This document shows, piece after piece, positions 38,660 through 50,610 of a stretch of 64,000 bases of DNA (position 1 is its first letter; every line of letters starts with the position of its first letter). Source of the stretch: Octopus vulgaris (lineage: Eukaryota). A model generated the notes under the pieces. The model was not told where the DNA came from. It did no database searches and was given only the letters and a program-made list of their open reading frames with translations. Where the stretch lies: the NCBI GenBank assembly GCA_951406725.2, contig OX597820.1:66836001-66900000 (forward strand), read 5' to 3'. A program made the position numbers and the translations under genes.

Positions 38660-39063
38660 TTTATTCTTCCATTTGTTTCAGTCGTTTGACTGTGGCCATG
38701 CTGGAGCACCGCCTTTAGTCGAGCAAATGGACCCCAGGACTTATTCTTTGTAAGCTTAGTACTAATTCCATCAGTCTCTTTTGCTGAACTGCTAAATTAT
38801 GGGGACGTGAACACACCAATATTGGTTGTCAAGCAATAGTGGGCGGGACAAACACACATACACACACACTCACACATATATATATATACACATATATATA
38901 ACAGGCTTCTTTCAGTTTCCGCCTACCAAATCCATTCACAAGGCTTTGCTAGGCCCGAGGCTATAGTAGAAGACACTTGCCCAAGGTGCCATGCACTGGG
39001 ACTGAACCTGGAACCATGTGGTTAGTAAGCAAGCTACTTACTACGCAGCCACTCCTGCACCTA
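38660..39063 (-). mobile_element. SINE family A, full length
   Basis: Reverse complement of the 38057 copy. Confidence 0.9.
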
Positions 39064-39534
39064 TTTATTTATTATTATTTTTCTTTTTACTTTGTTTTTT
39101 TTTTGGTTTTTGTTTTGGAGTTTTTTTTTGTTTTTTTTTTTACTTACATTTATTTTTATAGTTTTAATATTTTTTCCCCCCTATATAGAGAATAAAGTCC
39201 AAAAAAAAAAAGAAAAGAAAAGGAAAATGTGTCCGCTTTAATTAGAAATCCTGACGAAGCAGTTATCTTGCAGCAATTTCAGTCATGTCACACAGTCTTG
39301 TTGTCAGTTCTGATTGTCTTGGTTTGAGGTTTTCCTTAAACTTTGTGACACATGACAGCATAGTAGCGGCAGAAGGGGGGAGTGGAGAAGTATGGGGGGA
39401 GGCATCGGTTGAGAGGGGGATGTATTTGCCATCTATGGTATGTAGCCATCGTCATCATCATCATCAACATCGCATTCTTCTGGGAGCTAGTTTAGTGCTT
39501 GCAGTTATTTATTAATTTATTGATTTGGTGATGA

Positions 39535-39573
<39 letters not shown>

Positions 39574-39699
39574 GCGTGGTTGTTGGAGAGGGAGATGGTT
39601 ATTCTGAGATACTATTGGGTTTGAACCTGTGATGTGATATAGTTAGCAACAGTAGAAAACACTTGCCTTCAGTAATACTGCATGGGCCCTTAGGCAATT

Positions 39700-39982
39700 T
39701 CTTCTACTATAACCCTGAGCCAACCAATGCTTTGTGAGTGAATTTTGATTGATGGAAACTGTGAGAGAGCTTGTGTGTGTTCGTGTTTGTCCCCCACTAT
39801 TGCTTGACAAGTGGCGTCGGTCTGTTTACATCCCCTGTAGCTTAGCAGTTCAGCAAAAGAGACTAATAGAATAAGTACCTCGCTTTCAAAAATAAGTACT
39901 TGGAGGAATTTGTTTGAGTGACTCTTCAAGGCAGTGCCCCAGTATGGCCACAGTGCAATGACTGAAACGAGAAAAGATCAAA
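39700..39982 (+). mobile_element. SINE family A, 5'-truncated
   Basis: TTCTACTATAACCCTGAGCCAACCAATGC through GACTGAAAC. Confidence 0.8.
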
Positions 39983-40811
39983 GTTATATCTACCTGACAA
40001 AACTCATTTGCCGGTTCATTTAGTATTTTTATGGTCAAGTCTAGATTGATAGATCACTACTTTTACAACTTGTATGGCACAACACTTTGGGTTGTTGCTA
40101 AACTATACAGGTGTACTGCAGAATTATACAGGTGTGTTTCAGAATTATATAGTTGTATTGGAAAACATGTCTGAGGCCAGAATATTTTATCTCTGGTTTT
40201 ACACATTTCCAGATTAACATTAAACATTGATTACCTGGTTGGATTGTCCATGATTATTCTTACATGCAAGCCAGAATACATTTTGTTTAAAGCTATACAC
40301 TGTTATTAGTGTCTCCAGCTTGCCTTGACGCAAAGGGTTATACAATGTGTAATCTTAAAAAGAGTTATTTATGATGTCTCGTTTTTAGTGTTTCAAAAGT
40401 CATTGGTTCTCTTGGAAGGCTGAGGAGAAAAGTTGGTCAGACGTATGCATGTATGTTGCATTGATGTGTACATGCGTTTGTATTTGTATATTTACTTGTG
40501 TGTGTTTGTATTTCCATGTATTATCCATCTGTGTATCTCTGGCTGTTTGATGATTATGTATGTGTATGTAAGTGCCAACACATGTTACTTTTATACTTCT
40601 ATGCTAATACTTGGATGGGCTGTGTCCTTTGTAATAGTGGATATACATGTGTGTGTGCATTTGATCTGTGATGTTCATGTAATGCTATATACCTGTGCGT
40701 ATGTGTGTGTGTGTATTTATATTTCCATCTATTCTCCATCTATGTATCTCTGGCTGTCCGTTAATTCTGTATGTATATGTAAGCACCGACACATTACTTC
40801 TATAGGTGTAT

Positions 40812-41221
40812 ACTCTTTTACTTGTTTCAGTCATTTGACTGTGGCTAGCTGGAGCACTGCCTTTAGTCGAGCAAACTGACCCCAGGACTTATTCTTTGTA
40901 AGCCTAGTACTTATCCTATCAGTCTCTTTTGCCGAACCGCTAAGTTACGGGGACGTAAACACACCAGCATCGGTTGTCCAGTGATGTTGGGGTAACAAAC
41001 ACAGACACACAAACACATACACATGTATACATACATATATATATATACACACATGCACATACATATATACAACAGGCTTCTTTCAGCTTCCGTCAACCAA
41101 ATCCACTCACAAGGCTTTGGTCAGCCCGAAGACACTTGCCCAAAGTGCCACACAGTGGGACTGAACCTGGAACCATGTGGTTGGTAAGCAAGCTACTTAC
41201 CACGCAGCCACTCCTGTGCCT
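40812..41221 (-). mobile_element. SINE family A, full length
   Basis: CTCTTTTACTTGTTTCAGTC through CAGCCACTCCTGTGCC. Confidence 0.9.
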
Positions 41222-41575
41222 ATATATATACATGTATGTGTATACATTTTGTATGTGTGTATATACTAACACTCAGATGGACCGTGCCCTCTATAATAGC
41301 GTATATACATGTGTGTGTGTGTGTGTGTGTATTTGATCTGTGATGTTCGTGTAATGCTATATACCATTCACAAGCAGTTATGTATCTCTGTGTACATGTG
41401 TGTGTGTGTGTGTGTGTGAGAGAGACGATGTTCAGGCATGTATGTGTATGTGCATGTGTGTTTGCATTCATAGGACATTCTCTGTGTGTATATATGTGGT
41501 ATGCTTATATGTGTGATTGCATGCAAGTGAAAATGCATGTAAGCCTTCGATGTGCGTGAGTGTACCTTGCATCTG

Positions 41576-41992
41576 TTATCTTTTATTGGACTGCAACCAC
41601 GCTGTAGCATGGCCTTGAAGGGTTTCAGTCGAACATATTGACCCCCTCCCCCAACCCCTACAGTACATTTTTGTTGAACCACTAGATAACAGAGACATAA
41701 ACGAATCAACACCATTTGTCAAGTGGTATGGGACCAAACACCTGCTCACACATATACACACATATACACATACACATGTATACACATACACGCACTCACA
41801 TATACACATACACTCGTATATATATACATATAACAGGTTTCTTTCAGTTTCCACCTACCAAATCCACTCACAAGGCTTTGGTTTGCCTGGGACCATAGTA
41901 CATGACAGTTGGCCCGAGGTACCATGCAGTGGGATTGAACCTAGAACCATGCGGTTAGGAAACAAACTTCTTATCACACAGCCATGCCTGTA
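41576..41992 (-). mobile_element. SINE family A, diverged
   Basis: TTTCAGTTTCC.CCTACCAAATCCACTCACAAGGC...CACAGCCATGCCTG. Confidence 0.75.
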
Positions 41993-42204
41993 CATATTAT
42001 ATCATGATGATAATGTTGATGGTGGTGGCAGTGGTAGTGAAAATGGCGGTGGTGGTTGTGGTATGTGCATGCACGTGTGTGTGTGTGTGAGTGTTGAAGC
42101 TAGCATGATGCCAAAGAAAGGTCTGAATGATGGAATGGTGTGATTCAGACATAGGAGATGAGTATGACAAACATCTCACAGTCAATTTCTCATGCATTTT
42201 TTTT

Positions 42205-42268
<64 letters not shown>

Positions 42269-43024
42269 ACACCTTTCTGTCACTCATCCCCACCACCAAC
42301 CATAACTATCATCATCATCATCATCATCATCATTGTCATCATCTGTGTATTGTTAACAGGAGGGTGGAGAATAGATGGAAGGGTGGCTGGTGATCAGACA
42401 ATATCTGGCTTGTTAGCATGGGTGGGTTGTGATGGAAGAGCTGTGCTAGGTTGGGTAGATATGAATCTAAAGGACTTGTTTTCCTAACACCCTTTATCTT
42501 GATCTAGACACCTCTGTTAGTATCTCATTATAAAGCAATTAGGATGAAACAGGCCAGTTTGTTGTGGTTTTGTCAAGGGAGTGAGAGACAGACAGACAGG
42601 TAGATAGGTAGATAGATAGATAGATAGATATAGAGAGAGGGAGTGATAGAGAAAGGGTGTGAAAGAATGGAGAATGGGGTTATTGTGGCATGAGCCTGGT
42701 TATGATGGTCCCTCCCCTCTGTTCTTCCCCTTTGCTCCCATCTGTAATATGAAGCAGTGTCTGTGTTAACCCACTCCTCATAAACTCATTAAAAAAATCA
42801 TTTAAAAATAGCTTTTGTTGGAAATGTGGTTTATACACATGTATATACATACATGTGATATATATATAAGGTGTATATATACAAGGTGTATATATAAAAG
42901 GTGTTATTGTTAATTTCAGCATTGTCAGATATCACCTACACGGAGCCTTTGTAATGTATTGAAGACACATTTTCTCCACACCTTTTCTACTTTTCATCAA
43001 CTCAAGATCAGGTTTTGTGGGATA

Positions 43025-43422
43025 AGCATAGTTCTGTGATTAAGCAACTCGCTTTACAGCCATGTGATTTCAGGTTCAGTTCCACTGCACGGCAGCTTGA
43101 GCAAGTCTTCCGTTATAGCCTCAGGCCGGCTTGTGCTTTGTGAGTGAATTTGGTACATGGAAACTTTGTACACTCCCATCATGTATGTGTGTGCGTGTGT
43201 GTGCATTGTGTGTGTGTGTGTGTGTCTTCCCAACATCACTTGACAATTGGTGTTGATGTGTTTACATCCCTGTAATGTAGCTGTTCTGCAAAAGAAACCG
43301 AGAGAATAATAATTACCAAGCTTAAAAACAAAATTCCTGCATTGATTCATTTAACTTAAATTCTTCAAGGCTGTGCTCCAGCATAGCCACAGGCTAATGA
43401 TTAAAACAAACAAAAGATAAAA
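43025..43422 (+). mobile_element. SINE family A, diverged
   Basis: GGTTCAGTTCCACTGC..GCAAGTCTTC..GTGCTCCAGCATAGCC. Confidence 0.75.
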
Positions 43423-43451
43423 GTTAATGAAGATATATAGATATATATATA

Positions 43452-44722
43452 TGGGTAAATTGTCGCCATTTTCAATTGTTAATTTTGTGCATGCACGTTG
43501 TTTTTGATTTTGTCAACTGCACAGTATAGTAGGGTCAGTTGGGCACCATCTTTGAGAAAAACAGTACCATGATGCAATTCACTCTGCCAGAAATTTGGAA
43601 ATGACATACTGTACTGCTTGGCATTCATGCTGGAAGCTCCAATATGAACATTTCAGAGTGTTTGGGTGTCAATCTGAGGACAGTGCAGAGGTTTCAGAAA
43701 GAGTTAGAGGAGTCTAATGGTGATTACGAAGGTATGACTGCTCCAAAAACTCATTCTGATGAGAACTCCTGAATTTGATGGTGATATCCAGGTCATGGTT
43801 GACAATGATCCCTCCAAGTCAATCAGCTCCATCACCAGGGACATGGGAGTGTCTGTGTTTCTTGTCAGGCAGTAGTGCATGAAGACATTCGGTATTTTCC
43901 ATATAAGATGAGAAAGGGCCAGTTTTTATCCCAAGCCATCAAGGATAAGAGGAAAGACTGTGCTACAAAGCTTCTGAATAAACTCAAGCGTCCCCTCCAG
44001 CCAAACATGTTTTGGTTTTTCTCAGATGAGAAAAATTTTTGCCAGGATCAGATGATGCACACACAGAACAACCGTTGGCTTGCTGTGTCCCCAAAACATC
44101 TACCAAGTGTGATAAAAATCAAACGTCCAGTCAACATCATGGTGTTTGGAGTGATCACTAGTGATGGTGATGTGCCTCCATTCATCTTCCCACACGGCTT
44201 CAGACTCAACATGGAGGCCTACATCAAGTGCCTGGAGGAGGTAGTGCTACCCTGAGTCAAGAGGGTTGTTGCTGAAAGAACCTATTTCTAGCAACAGGAC
44301 TCTGCACCATACCACACAAGCAGGAGAACCCAGTCATGACTGTCAGACCATTTCTGCAACCACATCACCCCTAATATCCGGCCACCTAACTCCCCAGATG
44401 GCAACCCCCTTGATTATTATGTGTGGGGCCCAGTTGAGCAAGAGACCAACAAAACTCCTTATAACACCAAAGATGAACTGAAGGCAAAGATTAAGGTGGC
44501 ATTCACCAAATTAAACAAGGAAACCATCCAGAATAGTTGCAGGAGATTCCGAAGTCACATGGAGGCCTTGGTTTGAAGCCAATAGCGATTTTATTGAATA
44601 AATTTATTCTTTAGTATTTCAAGATATCTTTGTGTAATTTTGCTAAATATATCTTTTAAAATGAGATGTAAGGTCTATTTTCATTTTTACATAATTTAGA
44701 CAATTTATTCACTGCACCTGTT
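43452..44722 (+). mobile_element. Tc1/mariner DNA transposon, DD37D (maT) family, near full length but dead
   Basis: Transposase relic inside. Residual TIR core TAAATTGTC (5') / GACAATTTA-TTCACTGCACCTG (3'); the left end sits in (TA)n. Confidence 0.85.
43569..44601 (+). pseudogene. DD37D transposase pseudogene
   Basis: HTH-like ISECLGVNLRTVQR; PSKSI..I.RDMGVS; catalytic FSDEK.F, MVFG, QQDSAP.H, then 37 residues to PPNSPD.NPLDY; C-terminal V-EAN.DFIE*. Multiple in-frame stops and frameshifts. Confidence 0.9.
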
Positions 44723-45194
44723 ATGAATGTGGTGTTATTGTTAATATCTGCATTGTCACATATCACCAACATGGAGCCTTTGTGATAAGTTTGCAGGCAC
44801 TAACATCTATTAATTTTCTCCACACCTTTTCGACTTCCCTACAACTAATGTTCAGGCTCTGTTATAGATAAAATACAGCTTATATTGTATTATGTGTTAA
44901 TGTGTATGTGTTGTTGGATGGAATAAGCAAGAGACATTGTGAATGAGTGGTGCCAACACTCTATACCAATCATGTATAGCTAATGGGTTTAGCAGTTTCA
45001 AAATCCTATCGCCATCTTTCTTTCTTTTTTTTTTAACGCTTTCTTTTCTTTTTTTTTTTTTTGGCCTTTCTTTTTGTTCCCTACGCTACAGTCAACCCAC
45101 TCTAATTAACTGTTTTAAATGATTTCTTTTTCTTTTTTGAAAAAAAGTGTTAAAAATTGTGCTTTTGTGTATACACACACATACACATAAATAA

Positions 45195-45222
45195 CGTGCA
45201 TATATATATATGTGTATGAGAG

Positions 45223-45280
<58 letters not shown>

Positions 45281-45397
45281 AATATATATTTATATTTATA
45301 TTTATATATATGTACGTATGTATGTATATGTATGTATGTATATTTATATATATGTATGTATGTAGGTATATTTATATATATGTATGTATGTATATAT

Positions 45398-45478
<81 letters not shown>

Positions 45479-45548
45479 TATATATGTATGTATGTATGTA
45501 TATTTATGTATGTATGAATATTTATATATGTATGTATATTTATACATG

Positions 45549-45595
<47 letters not shown>

Positions 45596-45710
45596 TTATA
45601 TGTATGTATATTTTTATATAAATATATGTATGTATATTTATATGTATATGTATGTGTGTATATGTATATATACATGTATTTATATATGTGTGTGCATGTA
45701 TGTACATATC
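45195..45710. repeat. Long (TA)n/(TATG)n microsatellite
   Basis: Direct observation. Confidence 0.95.
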
Positions 45711-46145
45711 TGTCATATAATTTCTCCAAGCTCACAGTAAAAGAAAAAACAAAAATTGATTTTAAAATGCTTTGTTGCTAAAACAAGTTGTTTATACAGT
45801 TAGAAAACTAAAAACAAAGTAGGCTTTTAATATAATTAAAATGTTGGGTGCATTCACATTCACCTACTCAAATGAAAATATTTGGATGTGAGAATATATA
45901 TATATATTCAGCCTTGTTCTAAAACAATTCTTTTTTTATTAATATTTTTGGTGGGGTTTTGTGTGTGTGTGTGTTTGTGATTGGAGAAGGGAGATGTAAC
46001 CCTAGGAGAGATAACTCAGGTGTGCCAACCAAAGGATTGCAATTTCAATCTAGTTTGGTTCTTATTCAGCTTTGGTGCAGACAGAACTACTCATGCTCTC
46101 TCTCCCCCTCGCTCTCCCCCCCTCTCTCTCTCCCACACATGTCTG

Positions 46146-46708
46146 CATCATCAACTTCATCATCATCATCATCATCATCATTTAATGTCTGCTTTCCATG
46201 CTGGCATGGGTTGGACAATTTGACTGAGTACTGGCGAACCAGATGGCTGCACCGGGCCCCAATCTGATCTGGCAGAGTCTCTACAGCTGGATGCCCTTCC
46301 TAACACCAACCACTCCAAGAGTGTAGTGGGTGCTTTTACGTGTCACCGGCACAAGGGCCAGTCCAACGGCACTGGCAACGACCTCGCTCGAATGTTTTTC
46401 ATGTGCCACCTGCACGGAAGCCAGTCAGCTGCTCTGGCAACGATCACACTCAGATGGTGTTCTCAGCACTCCACTGGCATGGGTGCCAGTCGTCGAATTT
46501 GATTCGATTTCGATTTCACTTGCCTCAACAGGTCTTCATAAGCAGAGTTTAGTGTCCATTGAAGGAAAGGTATGCATAAGTGGGCTGGTTACACCCCTGG
46601 CATAGTACATGGGTTATGATCTCACTTGGCTTGCCGGGTCTTCTCTCGTACTGCATATTTCCAAAGGTCTCGGTCACTAGTCATTGCCTTGGTGAGGCTT
46701 AATGTTCG
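46146..46708 (-). mobile_element. 5'-truncated RTE-like LINE 3' end (last 28 codons plus 3' UTR ending in (GAT)n)
   Basis: Minus strand 46708-46622 reads RTLSLTKAMTSDRDLWKYAVREKTRQAK* (DRxxW motif typical of RTE C-termini). The UTR has AGGAAGGGCATCCAGCTGTAG and CCCATGCCAGCATGGAAAGCAGACATTAAATGATGAT. Confidence 0.7.
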
Positions 46709-48099
46709 CCTAATATGAAATTTTTTTATTTACATATCAAATGTCTAGGAGGTTCCATACAAGTAAAATAGGGACCAAAGAGGTCCCAAGGTGAAATATG
46801 GTTGAGCAAACTGGGCTAAACATTCCAAGTAGGTAACCCCAGCATGGCCACAATTCAATGACTGAAACCAGTTATCAGATATAAAAAAAACAAGATGTTC
46901 AAAGACTACTTTGGCCCAAACTCATCTTTCTTCTTTTAATAGTAAGATGTGATTGGTGGGTTCCAGGAAGATTTGTTTACTGTTTATGTCTAGCAGGGTG
47001 CTTAACCAGGTAGTGGTTCCTTGTCTCATTGGCTCCAGTTTTCCTAAACAGGCACTTGGATTTTGTGTGTGTGTGTGTGTGTTGTCTACATGATGTGTTT
47101 GTGTAAAACCTCATTAAGCTGGAGACAGACCCCTGGTGAAGCTGTCACTGTTAACTATCTTCAAAATGGACTGACTAAATCTGATAGTTTGCTGTGCACT
47201 GACCTTAACATTTTAAGACCCCTCCCCCCCTTTCCCTCTCTCTTTCTATCTCTATCTCTATCTCTATCTATCTCCTTTTCATTGCCATCTGTCTAACACA
47301 TCTTTGTGTCTATCTTCATTCCCAGTTAGCTTGCCTCTCTTTATCTCTCTTTTACTTTCATATTATCTTCCTCTTCCCCCACCTCTTCACACAGCAGCTC
47401 TCCCACCCACCCTCTTTCTGTCTCTTCTTCTCTCTCACTTTCTTTTTCCCCACCACCCCAATATTTCTAACACATCTTTCTATCTGATCTTATTTTCTTC
47501 CTGTCAGCCTATCTCTTTCTATTTCTCTTTCACTCTCTCTTTATCTTCTCCTCTACAGAGCAACAACTCTCCCCTCTTTTTCTCTCCCTCCCTATCTCTG
47601 TTCCTCCATCTCCCCCCCCTCTCTCTCAGCTTAGCTCCCTCCCTCTCTATCAACATAGCTCCCTCTCTATCAACTTAACTCCTTCTCTCTCAACTTAGTC
47701 CCCCCCTCTCTCAACTTAGCTCCTATCTTTCTTTATCCTCCCCACCACCAACACCACCACCATCCCATTACTGCATTTACACTATTTATACCTCACACAG
47801 TTTCTACAGTTGCTTTGCTGTTTCTCTTCCCCTCTGCTCCCCACCACCTTTCTCCATTTTTTTTTTCCTCTCCATTACATCTTTTTATCAGTGGCCCCTA
47901 GATTAAATGTCTCCTATCAGTGGTCCTTTAAATTACCCTTAAACAAAATAAAACAAAACAAGACTAGAAGAGAGGGTAGTGGGTGGGCGAGGTTGGAGGG
48001 AATTCCAGTTATTGAAATTACTATGATACCCTTGTATGATATCCATGGCTATCTACCTTATTAAACTGCCTACAGCAAGCCAAGTGAGCTTCATGTACA

Positions 48100-48600
48100 G
48101 TTGGTTTTACCTGCTAGAAATAGAAGCTAAATCTCCCTCAAATCACACCCCACTCTCTTACATAAAGATACATTGGTTAATGTGAAATGCAGTTATCTGT
48201 ATATAGGAAAAATAATCCAAAGGCAGGGTAGTCACTGTGGATTGTCTTTGATTATAGATTAGCTCAGTCAAGGCTGACCTGGGGCTGGATAATTACTTGT
48301 AATAGCCTCATGACAGAGACAGAGTGGTCACAGTTGGAATGGCTTTGGTCATAGCCTTGCTTAGTCAAGGCTGACCTTGGGTTAAACAGCAACAGCAACT
48401 ACTCACAACAGCCGTTTATGTAACCGAGGCAAGGAAGTCACAGCTGGAATGTCTTTGATCATAAGTTTGCTCAGTCAGGGCTGACCTGGGACTAAACAAC
48501 AACTACTAACAACAGCCTTGTGACACAGGCAGGGCAGTCACAGCTGGAATGTCTTTGATCATAGGTTTGCTCAGTCAGGGCTGACCTACGGCTAAACAAC
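48100..48600 (+). mobile_element. Repeat family G with a four-fold tandem 3' module
   Basis: CTGCTAGAAATAG..AATCTCCCTCAAATCACACCC head, then four copies of GTCACAG.TGGAATG.CTTTG.TCATA...TCAG.GCTGACCT. Confidence 0.75.
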
Positions 48601-49115
48601 ATCATCTTCATATCCCATCTTTCATTCACTATCTCCTTATCTCTAATCTGGGATCTGGAGTTCCTCGCGTCATGTGACCTACTCACTAAGCTCCCTTTTA
48701 TTTCCAAATCTCTGGAAGTCATTTTAAACAGAGCCCTGTTTTGGAAGAAAAAGCAGGGGCTTAACATATCAACTTATCATCATCATCATCAGTTTATCTA
48801 TTCCATCTGCCATCACCCCTCGCCTTTACAACCATGTAACATGGTCCATCTTTCCCCTATCCATCCACACTCGTCCATCCCAATATCTGATTTCCTTAAT
48901 TAATCAGTTGAAACAAAAACACCATTCTCTTCTCCTTTGTTGTGTGGCTCTCTTCACTGTTAGCTTCTTCAGAGTAATTAATATGAAGTAAATAGGAGGG
49001 TGGTGAGGTTAAATGATAGGGGTCAGGGCTGGGTTCATTGAGAGACTGAAGAATTTCTGTGGACTTCTGTAGTCATTCCAGAAGTTAGGACGTAATGCTT
49101 TCTTGGAAGAGGGAT

Positions 49116-49290
49116 TTAACCCTTTAGCATTCAAACTGACCATATCCAGCGCAAATATTCTACCTGTCCTATGTTCAAACTGACCAGATCTGGCCTCTCA
49201 CACCTACCCTGCAATGTCATTATAAAAATAAACATTAATGAATAAATAAGCATTTCATTTGACAGAGTAATCTAAATGCTAAAGGATTTA
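49116..49290. mobile_element. Second piggyBac-type MITE
   Basis: TTAA-CCCTTTAGCATT ... AATGCTAAAGGA-TTTA terminal inverted repeats. Confidence 0.8.
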
Positions 49291-49344
49291 TGAATAAATC
49301 TTCATCTTGAGCAAATTTTTTATCTCTTGATATTCTCTTACAGT

Positions 49345-49789
49345 AAGGCAGCGAACTGGCAGAAACGTTAGCACACGGGGTGAATTGCTTAGCGGTATTT
49401 CGCCTGTCTTTACGTTCTGAGTTCAAATTCTGCCAAGGTCGACTTTGCCTTTCATCCTTTCGGGGTTGATAAATTAAGTACCAGTTGTGTACTGGGGTCA
49501 CTCTAATCAAGTGGCCCTCTCCCCCCAAATTTTGGGTCTTGTGCCTAGAGCAGAAAAGAATATTTCTAATTTAGAAGGCAGTAAGCTGGCAGAAATGTTA
49601 GCATGCCAGGCAAAATGCTTTGCAGTATTTCATCTGTCATTACGTTCTGAGTTCAAATTTCGCTGAGGTCGACTTTGCCTTTCATCCTTTCAGGGTCGAT
49701 AAATTAAGTACCAGTTGTGTACTGGGGTCAATCTAATTGACTGGCCCTCTCCCCAGAAATTTCAGGCCTTGTGCCAAGAGCAGAAAAGA
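49345..49789 (+). mobile_element. SINE family C dimer with shared target-site duplication
   Basis: Two full copies (about 49345 and 49575) flanked by ATATTCTCTTACAGT (49330-49344) and ATATTCTCTTATAGT (49790-49804). Confidence 0.85.
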
Positions 49790-50317
49790 ATATTCTCTTA
49801 TAGTCTTTCCAGCCTTTTACTTGTATTAATCATTGGACTGCAGCCATGGTGTGGTCCCACTTTAAAGTTTTTGTTTTATTTTTACAATTGTTTAATAAAA
49901 GGCTTATAGTACTATTCATTTTATTGAACTCTTTGACTGCTAAGTTACACTTGTTGCCAAGCAATGGGTCACTAACACACACACACACACACACACACCT
50001 TTTGACTCAAGTAAAATCAAAAATCAATTTTGGGTTCATTTCCACTGCATGGCACATTGGGTAAGTGTCTTCTATCATGGCCACAGATTGCTTAAGGGCT
50101 TTTAAGTGGATTTGGTAGATGGAAACTAAAAGAAACTGCCATTTATAGGTGAGTGTGTGTTGTCTCCTGGTTTTGGCATCTCATGTGGTAAGTTGTAATT
50201 AAGGGTTTTTGTAATACAAAGCTTTGTGAGTGAAATTTTGTTAATAAAACTTTGCAGAAACTTCTGTTTGGGGGTGGGGTGCTTGCTTACCATTTTAAAT
50301 TGGTATAATCCATAAAG

Positions 50318-50610
50318 TGGAGGCGCAATGGCCCAGTGGTTAGGGCAGCGGGCTCGCGGTCGTAGGATCGCGGTTTTGATTCCCAGGCCGGGCGTTGTGA
50401 GTGTTTATTGAGTGAAAACACCTAAAAAGCTCCACGATGCTCCGGCAGGGGGTGGTGATCCCTGCTGTACTCTTTCACCACTCTTTCTTCTGTTGGCCTG
50501 CTCGCTTAGCCAGCTGGGTGGCGTCATTCGAAGGCTAAAACAATGCGAATGCATTGTGACCAGCGATGTGTAACAACATCTGATGGTCTGGTCGGTCACG
50601 TGATCACGTG
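50318..50610 (+). mobile_element. Young tRNA-derived SINE family E (possibly an octopus OR-type, tRNA-Arg-related SINE)
   Basis: GGCGCAATGGCCCAGTGGTTAGGGCAGCG A-box, GGTTTTGATTCC B-box, CpG-rich, (CACGTGAT)2 tail, perfect 13-bp TSD ATAATCCATAAAG at 50305-50317 and 50611-50623. The family name is from memory. Confidence 0.9.

Noticed and set aside
39283-39357. Imperfect inverted repeat GTCATGTCACA...TGTGACACATGAC, and nearby CTGACGA suggesting a hammerhead core
   Set aside because: The stem is short with a large unpaired interior, and there is no correctly placed GAAA or stem II for a hammerhead ribozyme.
48100-48128. Minus-strand TTCTATTTCTAGCAG|GTAAAA possible ratchet point
   Set aside because: Part of multi-copy repeat family G, weak donor, and an upstream competing AG.
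48215-48600. CRISPR-like repeat-spacer appearance (also the SINE C arrays and the 57.1-kb minisatellite)
   Set aside because: Eukaryotic context, degenerate long repeats, related rather than unique spacers, and no cas genes.
50135-50155. Second AG|GTGAGT fusion (TTATAG|GTGAGT)
   Set aside because: No polypyrimidine tract, and it lies inside a SINE A/B copy.
50318-50395. tRNA gene call for the SINE E head (also the heads of A, C and D)
   Set aside because: A and B boxes are present, but there is no complete cloverleaf and each head runs into a SINE body with a tail or TSD.
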